Below are positions 37,200 to 50,896 of a stretch of DNA of 64,000 nucleotides, one piece after another; position 1 is the first letter of the stretch, and each line of letters starts with the position of its first letter. Under the pieces are notes generated by a model. The model was not told the origin of the DNA. It searched no databases and saw only the letters and a program-made list of their open reading frames with translations. The stretch is taken from contig NC_043004.1 in assembly GCF_006345805.1 (NCBI RefSeq), positions 8,370,001 through 8,434,000 of the forward strand, given 5' to 3'. A program made the position numbers and the translations under genes. This DNA comes from Octopus sinensis. Lineage: Eukaryota.

Positions 37200-39227
37200 C
37201 ACCACCCACACACACCCACCCACCTACCTCCCACACGCCTGTTCACACAGACACATACGTAGACCCATCTACGTACATACATTCACACATTTAATCACAC
37301 ACACTTACAGACATACATGCACACACTAACATACAAACCAACATGCACATACACACACACATACATACATACACACACACATACATACTTACACACACAC
37401 ACAGAGACATACATACACACATACACACACACATACATACGCACATACATACACACACACTCACACACACACACCGCACGTACATACTTCACACACACAC
37501 ACGTGCACACATACATGTAGGCACATACATACATACATACATACCCACACATGCACACCCTTACACTGAATGCACACACACATACACCTTTTTGCATCCA
37601 GGCAGCCCCCCCTCTTTTCTGCTTTCCGGTTTTGGCTGATGGATCCTCGGTACCCGCGTAGCGAGGCGTTCGAGGGCCTTTGCGCTCGCGCGCCTTGGCG
37701 CGCGCTGGGGGCTTGGTCGGCCCCTTGGGCTTGCGTTGTACTGCTTGTGCGTTGTGTGCGTGAGCGCGCTTCGTGTGTGTGGGCTTGCTCGGATGTGCGC
37801 GTGCGTATGTATGCATACATACCCACACACTCGCATGCATCCCTACCCACATCATACACGCACACCTACTCACACACACACATACACACACACACATATC
37901 CGCACACACACACACATACATACATACACACACATACCTACTTCAGACATACACACACACAGACATACACCCATACACTCACACTCACACGCATACACAC
38001 ACACACATACACACGCACACGTACACATACACACACACACACACTACATACATACATTACACTTGTATACACACACACTTACATTCATACACACCACACC
38101 TACACAGCCATACCCTCACTCAGACACACACATCTACCTACACAACACACACAAACACACAGACACACACCCATACATACATACATCTACACACACACGC
38201 CTACACACATACATACACACATACATAAACACACACACATACACATACACACACATACGCACACACACATATACTTATACACATGCACACACCACACACA
38301 TACATACATACACCATATAATACACACACACATACCTACATACTCCTATACGCACATACATACACACAGACATACACACATACACACTCACACAAGCATA
38401 CACACACACATACTTACACACACACTCACCTGCACGCGCACACACATGCATGACAAACACCCATACACTCACACTCACATACGCACACACCAACATAAAC
38501 ACGCACACGCACACACACACCTACACTCCCACACACATACACACGCACCTACATACACACACGCACACATACACACGCATACACACATACATTACACACG
38601 TACACACACACCTACATACACATGCATACACACACACACACAAACATGCACGGACACACCCAGACATACATACATACACCTATATACACACGCCCACACA
38701 CCTACATACACACACATATACACACGCCCACACACCTACATACACAACATACATACACACACATACACGGACACACCCATACATACTTACATACATACAC
38801 CTATACACACACGCCTACACACCTACATACACACACTGCATACACACACACATGTACGCACATACACACACATATACGCACATACATATATACCCACACA
38901 CATGCACACAACACACATACGCACATGCATGCATGCATGCACACGCGCACACCTACACGCATACACACACACACACGCACGTACACATACATACATACAA
39001 CACGCATACATACACCCATACACATACATGCATCCTACACACACATACATACACACTCACACATACATACACACACACACACTCACTCACACACCTGTAT
39101 GTACGCGCACACACATGCACATACACACACTTCCCCACACCCACACGTACATACATACACACTCATACACATACACACACACACACACACACGGACATAC
39201 ATCTATGCACACACATATATACACACA
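37200..39227. repeat. ~2-kb degenerate (CA)/(TACA) low-complexity tract
   Basis: Direct inspection. Confidence 0.9.
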
Positions 39228-40469
39228 CTAGCAGTATCGCCCGGCGTTGCTCGGGTTGTAAGGGAAATAACTATATAAGCATTTTTAGAGAGTTATAGCC
39301 AAAAAGTAGCAAAAAATGCATTAAAAATTGAAAAAAGTTAAGGTAAATTTTTCTTAAATCGTTGACACATCGTAGATATTTTTAGAGAGTTACTCCCTTA
39401 TATAAAAGCGAAAAAAATGCATTAAAATGGAAAAATATGATGGTAATTTTTTTTTAAATCGTAGACTCATCGTAGACGCCGCTAATACCCAGAAGGGCTC
39501 GTTTGTTATTCTGGGTAACTTTCTGCAAAATTATTAAAATTTTGTTCAAACATCGCTATAGAAAATGGGTTATTAGCTAATATTCAATGGGTATACAACA
39601 AAATTTTAGATAGAATTTGTTATTCTGGGTAACTTTCTGTAAAATTATTAAAATTTTGTTCAAACATCGCTATAGAAAATGGGTTATTAGCTAATATTCA
39701 ATTGGGTATACAACAAAATTTTACGATAGAATTTGTTATTCTGGGTAACTTTCTGTAAAATTATTAAAATTTTGTTCAAACATCGCTATAGAAAATGGGT
39801 TATTAGCTAATATTCAATTGGGTATACAACAAAATTTTACGATAGAATTTGTTATACTGGGTAACTTTCTGATACCCATAATAAATTTATGGCAAAATAG
39901 GCCTAATTTCATTTAAGATTGTGGGAAATAACAAACTATCTTTCTTTCGGTTTGTTTACGTTTAGCGTAATGATTTCAAATAGGCTCATTCGAAAAAGTA
40001 AATAGAAATAGTCTAAGGCTTTACTCTCTGGGAAAGTCTGTGGCTTGGTCCAGTTTCTTCAGAAAACTCACCGAAAGAAACAGTTTTTAAATTTTCACTT
40101 CCATTCAGGTACCAATTCGTTTTCTTTATCGCTGTCGGATTCACTGTTTTCACTTTAATAGCTGCCAACTTGCAAAGACAAAGGAGGAGAAGGGTCATAG
40201 CGTCAGTGAAACAATTCGCTCCCTTTGTGTGTGGTGCGTTTGCGTGTGGTGTAAACCAGACTAAGAAAAGCATTTGACACACACACCAGAATGTGAGTTT
40301 TCTGTAAATTTTGCTTAATTGGAGTTTAAATTTTAAAACTGGACCTGGCATGACGCGATGCATTGTACTCTTAAATTGCTAGGTAAATTGTAATTGAAGA
40401 AATCCTATATTGTAGATTTGTATAACTCCCAAAGGGAGGCAGATAAAATCTACCTTTTATAATAAGAGA
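39228..40469 (-). mobile_element. Non-autonomous Helitron (1242 bp)
   Basis: Minus strand A|TCTCTTATTATAAAAG...cccgagcaacgccggg hairpin...CTAG|T; no TSD. Confidence 0.85.
39502..39871. repeat. ~115-bp tandem repeat, 3.2 copies, inside the Helitron
   Basis: Units start at 39502, 39616, 39732 and 39848. Confidence 0.95.
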
Positions 40470-41300
40470 TACTCACATACATTCATCGGACACACTGCCA
40501 CCCAGACATACACACAGACACACTCACACATCCACACACATACATACTTACGCGCACACTCGCAGGCGCGCGCACACACGCGCTTGCGCCGGTTCGCGCA
40601 CGCATACGCGCCGCATTTACCTCGCTCTTGGACCCGACGAGACCTCCCGCCCGTTCCTGGGACCGTCGCTTGTCGTTGGGTTTTCCCACGCCGTCTCCGC
40701 GGGACCACTCTTCCATCTTCCCCGCCTGAGTCCTTTTTCCTTAACCCCACCTTTTTCGTTACACACACGCGCACACATATACACACATTGCTTAATATAT
40801 ACATTACTCTTACACACATTCATCTACTCGCCATTAATACTACCACGACGACACTGGACACACACCCACACTACTACTCAACACACACACGCTGGCACGC
40901 TACATACGCCCCCACCCCTTCCCCTCCCTCCCTTCCCTCCCTCCCTTCCTCCTTCCTTCTTTTTCTTACTACTGACCTTTGTCTGCTATGCTGACCACCG
41001 TCTCGCCCTACCTCACACGCCTACACACAGACGCATACACTAACACATACATATATTTATTGTTTTTTTATCTCGCCTCACACACACACATACACATACG
41101 CACACGCACACACTCACACATACACACACATCTGTTGCGTTACCAACCTTGTCTCCACTCTTTTGCCTTTAAAAACCTACTTTGCTCTTGTTATCGTAAA
41201 CTTCCGCCTTTCACCATGTGTAACTCGTAAACACCAGTCGTTTTTTTCTCTATCCCTGTTGCCCGCTTTGGGATCTTTCTTTCCTCTCTCTTCCTTCTTA

Positions 41301-41335
41301 TTTTCCGACGAAGAGCTCCGCTCGAAACGTCATAC
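41301..41335 (+). ncRNA. Minimal hammerhead-like motif, U4C variant
   Basis: CCGACGA-a-gagc.tcc.gctc-GAAA-CGU-C; helix III palindrome ACGU; stem I weak. Confidence 0.55.
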
Positions 41336-41447
41336 CTCCCTGCTTCCATTTCCTGAGCGCCTATTAATAATAATACTGTAATTGTTCCATTGTTGTTGTT
41401 TTTTTGTTTCCCGTTTGGATTAAAATTATATATATATATATATATAT

Positions 41448-41508
<61 letters not shown>

Positions 41509-41555
41509 GTGTGTTGTGTGTGCGTGTGCGTGTGTGACCTCGTGTGTGCCGTTGG

Positions 41556-41745
41556 CGATTTTTTTTTTCCTCTGTCTTCCCTTCTCTGGATCTTTCTTCT
41601 CCTATGTTTCCGACGAAGAGCTCCGCTCGAAACGTTAAACCCTCCTTCTTTGCTTCTTTCCTGAGCGTCTAATAATACTATATTTGCTCCACGCTCTCGT
41701 GTTGTGATTTTTTTGTGCTTTTTCTTGTTTGGATTAACTTTATAT
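41556..41745 (+). mobile_element. Second PLE terminal-repeat remnant with hammerhead-like motif (41606-41640)
   Basis: gttt-CCGACGA-a-gagc.tcc.gctc-GAAA-CGU-U-aaac; collinear but diverged copy of 41270-41430. Confidence 0.7.
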
Positions 41746-41798
41746 ATATATATATATATATATAGATATATATATATATATCTATATATATATATTAT

Positions 41799-41832
<34 letters not shown>

Positions 41833-42101
41833 ATATACATACACATACATACACATACATGCGCGCACGCACGCACACACCACACACAATGAATGTATTA
41901 CGTTGTATTATATTACCTTTTTCTTTATAGATTCGCGGGAATTGTGCACAAGCGATTGGCAGGGCCCCTGAGACTCGTGAAATCGATGCGGTTGATGTTT
42001 TTCTGAACAATTGCAAATTGATGGCTGCAGAAAAGCCATATCAGTGAGCTTATCTGCAAATATATTTATATTTATTCCACATACATTCCTGAACGCATAC
42101 A

Positions 42102-42145
<44 letters not shown>

Positions 42146-42501
42146 TATATATATATATATATATATATATGAGCTTGCAAGTATACATACATACATTTAT
42201 GATATATTTTTGAATATGTGTATGTGTGTTTTATATATACATACATGTATATTTATATATATATATATATATGTGTATATATATATATATCTATGTATGT
42301 ATATATTTATATCTATGTATATGTATATATGTATGTATGTATGTATGAATATATGTATGTATACAGTGTTTTAAGGAAATACACATTTTTTTCTCTACAA
42401 AGAGTAGAAGAAAATGGATGTACTTTATACCAATTCTTTCTTAAGTGGACAAACTGTAACTCAGGAATATGTGTGTGTGTGTGTGTGTGCGTCTGCGAAT
42501 G

Positions 42502-42576
<75 letters not shown>

Positions 42577-42736
42577 CTCTTTCTAGCTAGCTAGCTAACT
42601 ATTTATCTACACACACACACACACACACACATGCATACATATAACGTGGATGAAATCGTTTTACTATACGCTCTACACTATATATAAAAATTCTCTCCGT
42701 CTCATCGAGTTGATTAATCTTAACTTAAAAGTCTGC

Positions 42737-42797
<61 letters not shown>

Positions 42798-42923
42798 ATT
42801 TATTATATATATTATATATATATATATTATATATATATATACATACATATATATATAATAAATAAAATATATGCATATACACATACATATATGTACATAC
42901 TCACATCTATATGTTTATATACA

Positions 42924-42995
<72 letters not shown>

Positions 42996-43167
42996 TATAT
43001 GAGTACAGGACACCACAAATAAGCGTAGAACACAACGAGAAACGAAAACAAAATCAAAGAAGGAAACGGACTTTTTTTTACCAACGAAAAAACAGAGTAC
43101 AGGACAAACAATACAAGGAAAATTCCCCTTCATCAGCTGCCCCTGGTTCGACTCAATGCGTGTTTCG

Positions 43168-43211
<44 letters not shown>

Positions 43212-43595
43212 TTACTACTACTACTACTACTGCTGCTGCTACTGCTACTGCTACTGCTGTTGCTGCTGCCAGAAACAATAACTAGCACGATCACCACCAC
43301 CACCACCACCACCACGTGTTCTGTAGCTGACCCTAAGTGTTTGATGGCTCGATATCAAAGACCGTATCTTTCAAATTGTTACGGAACAATGACCAGATAA
43401 CAACTACGAGCAACATCTTGTTATTTATATTCTCATTTTATGTTGTACAATTTTTTTCTAAAAGTCTCTTTTATCCTAATTTCATTCCGTTTTATATTAT
43501 TTCTATGACACAAAATTCTGCCTCGAAAACTCTTTTCGTAAAACTGGAAAAAGAAATAGGTTTGGATATATGTTTGCTGCTTGCTTTATATATAT

Positions 43596-43669
<74 letters not shown>

Positions 43670-44489
43670 TATATATATTATTGTTTTGTTGCAAGAGAAG
43701 CGGTAGGGCGCCGAACTAAATACCTTGCGGCATCCACTTCTTTTTGTTCACCCTCTGATTTCAAATTCCGCCGGCGTCACCATTGCCTTTCATCCTTCTG
43801 CGGATGATAAAATAACGACGAAGCAAGCACCGGAGTCAGTCCAGGCGACTGCACCCTTCATTACAAATCTGTGGCCATCCCACAAACTAAGAAACTATTC
43901 TCCCCCACCCCCCGCAAAAATAAGAAAGAAAACAAAATAGATAACAGAAATAAATTCGAATTCAACAACGCGTACAAAATAAATACAAAAAAAAAAAGAA
44001 GAAAATCTCTGAAACAAGATTCTTTCATTTCTTTTCTCTTTCACTCTTTATTTCTTGCTCGCTTCTTTCTGCCTCTCATTCCTTCTTTCACCCTCTCTGC
44101 ATCTCTATGTTTCCTCTTGTACCCTTTCCTTACTTTTAGGTAGATACGCCCCTACCATGATGTATTCTTCCTTCTTGAGGTAGGTAAAAACCGATTGAAA
44201 TGTAATGTTCTTGAGTCCGCAGCCTAAGGAACACCGGATTACAAAATCGGTGGAGCATCGGTTAAAATACCTGGAAGCAATTAGTAACGCGTCTCTACGT
44301 TCGAGTCCCACTGGCGTCGACTTTGCTTCTGTCGTTTTGGACAGCGGTTCTGAAGTAGCGTGCCACTGGGGGATAGCAAGGTGCGTCGCAGCTTTTCAGA
44401 AATATCCTTTAAACTTTAAAATACCTTTTATCTGTTACTTGTCTCAGTCTGCGGCCAAGCTGGGGCATCACCTACAGGAATTATTAGTC

Positions 44490-44660
44490 GACTGAATCGA
44501 CTCCATTACTTCTTTTATTAAAACCTGGTAGTTATTCTATCGTGACTTTGGCCGAACCGCTAAGTCACAGGAACGTAAACAAAACCAACGCCGGCTGTCA
44601 AATGTGGAGGGGGTCAAAAACAGACACAAAGACACACACACATACACACGCACACACACA
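44490..44660 (-). mobile_element. SINE family B fragment
   Basis: attctatcg...gccgaaccgctaagt...gtaaacaaaaccaac...tgtcaa. Confidence 0.7.
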
Positions 44661-44723
44661 CACACACACACATACACACACACACACACACACACCACAC
44701 ACACACACACATATATATATAAA

Positions 44724-45565
44724 CACGGTGCGATGAGTAAATTGTTACCATTTTATATTTTTGATTTCGCACATGCACATTGTTTGCTTTTGATTTTGTG
44801 GACTACGCAGTATAGTAGGGCCAGTTGGGCACCGTCTGTGAGAAAAACAGCCCCATGACGCCAGAAATTTGGGAAGAACATGCTGTACTGCTTGGCATTC
44901 GCACCGGAAGCTCAAATGCTAACATTTCGGACTGTTTGGGTGTTAATCTGAGGACAGTGCAGAGGATTCGGAAAGAGTCAGTTGAGTCTAATAGGGATTA
45001 CGAAGGTACGGCAGCTCGGAAAACTCACTCTGATCGTTCTGATAAGAAAAGAACTCCTGAATTTGTTGGTGAGTATTAATGCTCAATGTTCTGCGAACAC
45101 TGTAAAAGCTGTAAGAGGGGACAGCAATTGGAGACTGTAGTGAAACTCTGGTTGGAGAGGGTTATTGCTGGGAGGCCATATGGATGGCAACAGGATTCGG
45201 TTCTTTGTCATACCTCCGGAAAGAGTGATTGTCGGATAATTTTTAGGACTTCTCCATCGCCAATTTTCGGCCTCCTAATTGTAATCCGGTCGATTATTAT
45301 GATTGCGGTTGAGAAAAAGACCAGCTGCTCAGCGTGCAACATCAAGGCCGATCTAGTGGCCAAGGTCAAGTAGGTATTCGAAGATCTTTACCAGGGACTC
45401 GATAAGGAGCTGAGAAGCCGTCTTGGGGCTGTGCAGGACGACTGTTTTGTAGAAGTTGTTGTCTCGCAGCCACAATCTTGTCGATATTTTTTTCATTTTT
45501 GAAAATGCTTGTTTTAGGAAGAGTTAGTCTGTTCTCTTTTACTTTTACGCAAACTGTCAAATTTA
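44724..45565 (+). mobile_element. Internally deleted maT/DD37D-like Tc1-mariner element
   Basis: N-terminal HTH-like ISDCLGVNLRTVQRIRKE, then directly RPYGWQQDSVLCH and a ..PPNCNPVDYY-like motif; left end cacggtgcgatgagtaaattg. Confidence 0.7.
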
Positions 45566-46798
45566 TATATATAGTATACACACACACACACACATACACA
45601 CGCACATATATATATATATCCATATACATACATATACATACATATACATATGTACTCACGCACACACACACACGCACGTATACACACACGCACGCACGCA
45701 CTCACACACACACTCACACACATATGCACACGCATTCACACATATTTACGCACACACACACATGCACGTATACACACACGCACGAACGCACACACACGAA
45801 CACCACACACACGCACACACATATTTATGTATGTGTATGTATATATACATAGCATACACACATATATAAATCCCTATATATACATACATATACATATGTA
45901 CTCACAGACACATGCACGCACACACACACTCGCACGCACACATGCACGCACACACACATACACACGCACACTCACACGCCCACACGCACACACCACACAT
46001 GCACACACACGTATTAGTATATGTATACACACATATATATCCATATTCATACATACATATACATATGTACTCACACACGCACATATACACACACATATCC
46101 GTGTATGTGTGCATTGGGTATTGTAGATTCTATGCAATGTTTAATGTGTGAATAAAGTAATAAAAATGTATTAAAAGAAAACTACAAAAGAATAATTTCC
46201 AAAAGACGGCGACGGAGTTGGCGGGATTGGTGTGTTTGTGGGGGTGGTTGGTCGTGTGTGGAATCCCCCTTGGATTTATGCTTGCAATGGTAAAGCGAAT
46301 ATTCACTCTGGGACAATTCAATCAAATTTTCGCGTAGAATATATTTCTACTTAGTAACCTAATGAAGAACAATGTCCCTTGAATAAGAACACGCAGCATT
46401 GTGGTCGAGGAGATTATAGCAGTCGAAGCTTTTGAAGAAGAAATAGCTAGCATGACGACGCAGCGACACCGGGTGGTGCGCTTAAAAGCAGTTTTTCGTG
46501 GCATCGAAGCGTATAACCACTTCTAACCGCAACGGTTTCACTTCAAACACTTTACTGAAAATTAAGAAGCAAGAAATAAAAAGCCGTTAGCTTAAGCGAC
46601 AGCTCAAACGAGCAACTGTTAGGCTGAGCTGATATTTAAGGATGATTATCATATAATGGTGTGGTGCAGTTGGATGAGGATGTTGAACAGTGAAGAAATA
46701 TTTTATATAAATACAAGCTGTTTTATTTTAAAGAGAAATAATATTCAGCTTAAGGTATTCACCAACCAACAGCTCCATTAGTAAACCGAAATCACTTA

Positions 46799-48010
46799 TA
46801 GGGGTCATCAGAAGTTACCGGGGTACATTTCTCCCTTTATTGTGCAGGATGCAAAAGAGTATTTGAGGACACTTAGTTACTCTTCAAATCATTTCAAAGA
46901 TTTTAATTTGTTTTTTCAGAATCTCCATGCCAGAAAGATGCCAGCATAAGGAATGCAAAAAAACATGCAGTCATCGTTGCCAGATGCGCAAAAGACAGGA
47001 ATTTTGAAATTGCCAATTTTTTATATCTTGCAAGATCTTTTCCACTTAAAGTTTCTATAGAAATGAAAGCCTTTGATGGGATTTTTTCAACTGTGTCAAA
47101 AAGAATAAAAACATTCGAAACGTTCGCCCACCACAAGGATACTGCAATTCATTCAATGGAAATTCAATAAAAGCCATCGCCAAAGAACTTTAGATGTCGA
47201 GGTGGGTTATCAGAACTGTGTTGCACGAGGGCATTCGTTGCAAGACGTATGCACTGAGGAGAATCCAGCTTCTGCAAAGATGCAGAGAAAACTGCTTGGT
47301 CTGTGTTTTAACCTAGCAAGGTTAAAAAAACTCGATGAACCTGGTATGCTTCAGTTCTTGGATGAGAAGGCAAAAGCCTAACAGGAGAAATGACAGATGT
47401 TATGCACAGGTCCTTCAGATATCCCCAGAGTGATATAGACAATGTTCTAGCAGCTATGGTTGTTTTAAGGGTTTTAAGGGTGGTGCGTAACGAAGGCCAT
47501 GTCACCCCCACCTCACATCTTTTCATAGAGTCTTATAAATTAATGCTGCTAGAAACAGTTTTTAAGACTTGGATGGATGATGTGGGCAGTCTAAGGCCAT
47601 ATATATTTCAACAAGACTCAACACCTTCTCACAAAATCTACAAAACCAAAATGTGGGTGTTACACAAACTTTGCAATCAGGTAACACCAAACTTGTGGCC
47701 TCTCACCAGATTCGATTCCTATGCCTATTACGTTTGTAGCGCTGTTGAAAGAGAGACTTAATCGATTTTCTCACAATACCCTAGCTTCACTGAAGACTTC
47801 TATTCTCCAAATAATGTCTTAAATGAACAAGGCTCATTTATGCAAGCATCTTAACGATTCCGAAACTGAAGGCGGCTTCATAGAATAATCTGATATGAAA
47901 GATTATCGAGAACAACGTCTACCACTTTTTATTAGAATGCATTCGGTTTTTGGTAGATTAGAGTTGTTTTGTTGACGTACAAAATATGTCCCCAAATACT
48001 TCTTACCTTG
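46799..48010 (+). mobile_element. Heavily decayed maT-like Tc1-mariner element
   Basis: RPYIFQQDSTPSHK...TPNLWP...YYVCSAVERET; ends only weakly inverted. Confidence 0.65.
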
Positions 48011-48638
48011 CTCATGTGATTGGTGACTCAAACTCTGCTGTTGGGGGTTAGAATTTAATCAATTTAATCAAACCACATTTCGTTTCTCTTTGCTGTGATG
48101 AATATTGAGGCCTTTTTTCTAGAGTATCTTGGTGCAGCGAGAGAAACAAATACTTTACTCTTTTACTTGCTGCTGTCGTTGGACTGTGACCATGCTGAGG
48201 TAGATCGCCTTGAAAGGATTTCGTCGATGACATCGATCCAAGTAAATATTTTGAATGATTGGCACTATTTCATGTTTCTCAATTTTCTAAGCTGCTAAAT
48301 TACAGGTTCTTAAACAAGCAAGCACCGATTGCCAAAGGCTGTCATGTAAAGGTGACAAAATACGAAGAGAGCCAAACACAAACACAGACAGACGCACATA
48401 TATACACATACATACAATTTCGATGTAATTCTACTCGGTTTCCGTCTACCCCGTTCACTCCTAAAGCATTGGACAACTTTGGGTTCCAGTAAAATACACG
48501 AGCTTATGTTGCGGTACAGTCGGATTGAACTTGAATCTACTTGGTGTCGAAGAGGACATACAGTTATAGTGAAGCTTCTATTTAAAAAAAATATTTTAAA
48601 AACTAAACATTATTAGAAGCTCGAGGTTAATAAATGGT

Positions 48639-48680
<42 letters not shown>

Positions 48681-48718
48681 TAATAATAATAATAAATAAT
48701 AATAATAATAATAATAAT

Positions 48719-49148
48719 GAGATAGGGAATAGGAAACCAGACATAATGTTGAGAAAGAAAGCATACGATGCTGGATCATAGATAAAGTATGCCCAGCTGA
48801 TAACAAGTTATGCGATAAGGAAGAAAGAAAAAAGTCGATAGATATGACAGGTTAGCTTGGGAGGTTAAGCAGTTGTGGTCGATGAAAAAGGTGGCTGCAG
48901 TACCAATAATTGTCGGAGTCCTGGGAACAGTGAGTAAAAATCTTGAGAAGTACATGGAACAAATAGAGGCTGCAATAATGGTGGAGCACTTACAGAAAAC
49001 AGCATTGCTTGGAACCGCTCGAATACTCCAGAAGGTGCTCGAAAAATAAGAGGTGTTACCTTAGTTCACTGGTAGTGAACAGCTGGTACCGTAGCACATC
49101 TCCAGCGTTAGAAGCTATGTAAAGACAATAAATAATAATAATAATAAT
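48719..49148 (+). mobile_element. RLE-type (R4/Dong-like) LINE 3' fragment in (AAT)n
   Basis: RKPDI; LAWEVKQLWSMKKVAAVPIIVGVLGTV...LQKTALLGTARILQKVL*; (AAT)n on both sides. Confidence 0.85.
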
Positions 49149-49149
49149 C

Positions 49150-49322
49150 AAATTTTGGCACCGGGCCAGGAAATTTGGGGGAAGGGGCTAAATCTATTAA
49201 GTGGACCCCAATTCTCAACTGGTACTTATTTTATCGAACCCAAGAATGATGAACTCAGAACGTAAAGGCGGACGAAATGCCGCTAATATTTTCGCTCGGC
49301 GTGCTCACGATTCTGCCAGCTC
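49150..49322 (-). mobile_element. SINE family C with core deletion
   Basis: aactggtacttattttatcg...gaactcagaacgta...cacgattctgccagct. Confidence 0.75.
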
Positions 49323-50852
49323 GTTGTTCAATTCTGCAAATTATTTATTGTTATAATTCTTTAAATATACTTCTGGATAAGTAAAACTGATGTTTTGCCG
49401 CAAGGTGGCCTCTATATGCCTAAATGGGCGAAGCTTTGGAGAAGCAGTTTATTTTTTTAACTGTTACTATCACCATTCTATTGGTTTTATTTCAGTGTTA
49501 ACTCGGCTGCTTATTCAGAAGATTTTGTCACTAACGCTAAATGAAAGAGGTCTAGTAATTTTTTTTTCACCTTTTTCTTTCACCAAGGGAGCCTGCACGT
49601 AATCACTAAGTCTATTGGAAAGATGAGTCGAGTAGATTCCTGCTTGTGACATCTCAACCTGACAAAAATAGCAACGGAATTTCCTCAAATCACACTCGGG
49701 ATACATTTGATAGGGTAGTTCTCAAAATATAAAAGAACAAGGTGTTGAAGGTTACATCATCCTTGATCATAGATTAACTCAATCAGAGCTGGTTTTTATT
49801 TTTTTATTTTCAATGTTTAATCAGGGAAAATGAAAGCGTTTATGATACCATTTGTTTTCGGAGCCTCTGAGACTAGAGGGAAAAATGGAGGTAGGTTTCC
49901 TTAAACCACAGACTTGGTTCAAGTGCTTGCAACGAAATAAACACCACTAAATCACCAAAGACAAAGATTTGTTTTTAAACCGGTGTACCTATCTCAGATT
50001 ACTTTCCATTCAGCTAATCTCCCAGTAACTTGAATTCATTTTCATCCTAATTCCTATGAGTTTAGATTACTGTACCCCTTCAGATCCACCCCAAATGTTT
50101 GTCACCCTGGTGATAGATAAAAGAGTTATTATTGTTATCATTATTATAATTTCTATTATATTTTCATATTTTCAGATTAGCTTACATTCACTCTTGAATT
50201 TTACACGTTTAACGTATAAACGTATCATGAGTTTTAAGCGTTAGAATTTATGATACGGGCGAAATGAGAAGAGTAACGGGAACTGTGTAGGGGTAATTTG
50301 AATTCGGGTTCAGGTTGCCCCCAGCGGTAATTTGAAATCGATTTCAGATACCAGAAGGTAACAGGAAATAACTTGAAACTTTTAAACCAGCTGACCGAGT
50401 AAATTACACCACAAAAAAGGTAAACGACAGCAACCTTTTAGAAAAGTGCAGTTTGTGTTTTATGTCGACGGTATCATTATTGTTTAGTTGTAGTCGACCA
50501 GATTAATGATGAAAGGTGTTTCATCTATCGCCCTCCAAACTCCTTTTTAGAAATATTGTTTTATTTATTTTCTTTGCGAGACTCCGTTTGTTTGAGACAG
50601 GAGGGTGTAATTTAGAAAAGATCTGGTTTCTTATTTTAGTCGGTCGAGCGACCGAATCGAGTGAGCCATCGCCAGCACGTCACAACACACTATTATTATT
50701 AACAGTGTATTTAAATTGGATTACAATTGTGTGAAATATAGAAACGTTTCAGATTTCAGGTGGCGAACAAATGAATATATTAATATTTACAATGATATCA
50801 TTTATTTATCCCTCGAGAGAAACACTCAGACAAAATTGTATATGTGTCTATG

Positions 50853-50896
<44 letters not shown>

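Larger units (their letters stand above)
34014..41430 (+). mobile_element. Penelope-like element (Neptune type), interrupted by a Helitron
   Basis: RT + GIY-YIG ORF. The 27-bp ttgtttcccgtttggattaaaattata is identical at 34014-34040 and 41404-41430. Hammerhead-like motif in the 3' repeat. Confidence 0.85.

Noticed and set aside
37570-39231. 553-aa His/Thr-rich ORF and the many YI/CV/HT ORFs in the track
   Set aside because: Translations of CA, TA and TATG microsatellites, which lack stop codons in some frames.
39502-39871. CRISPR-like array (also 32025-32118 and 56455-56750)
   Set aside because: Plain tandem repeats without unique spacers, in a eukaryotic context.
43120-43180. Minus-strand CUGAUGA and GAAAC as a hammerhead
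   Set aside because: GAAAC precedes CUGAUGA and no stem II closes a type II fold. Probably a truncated PLE terminus.
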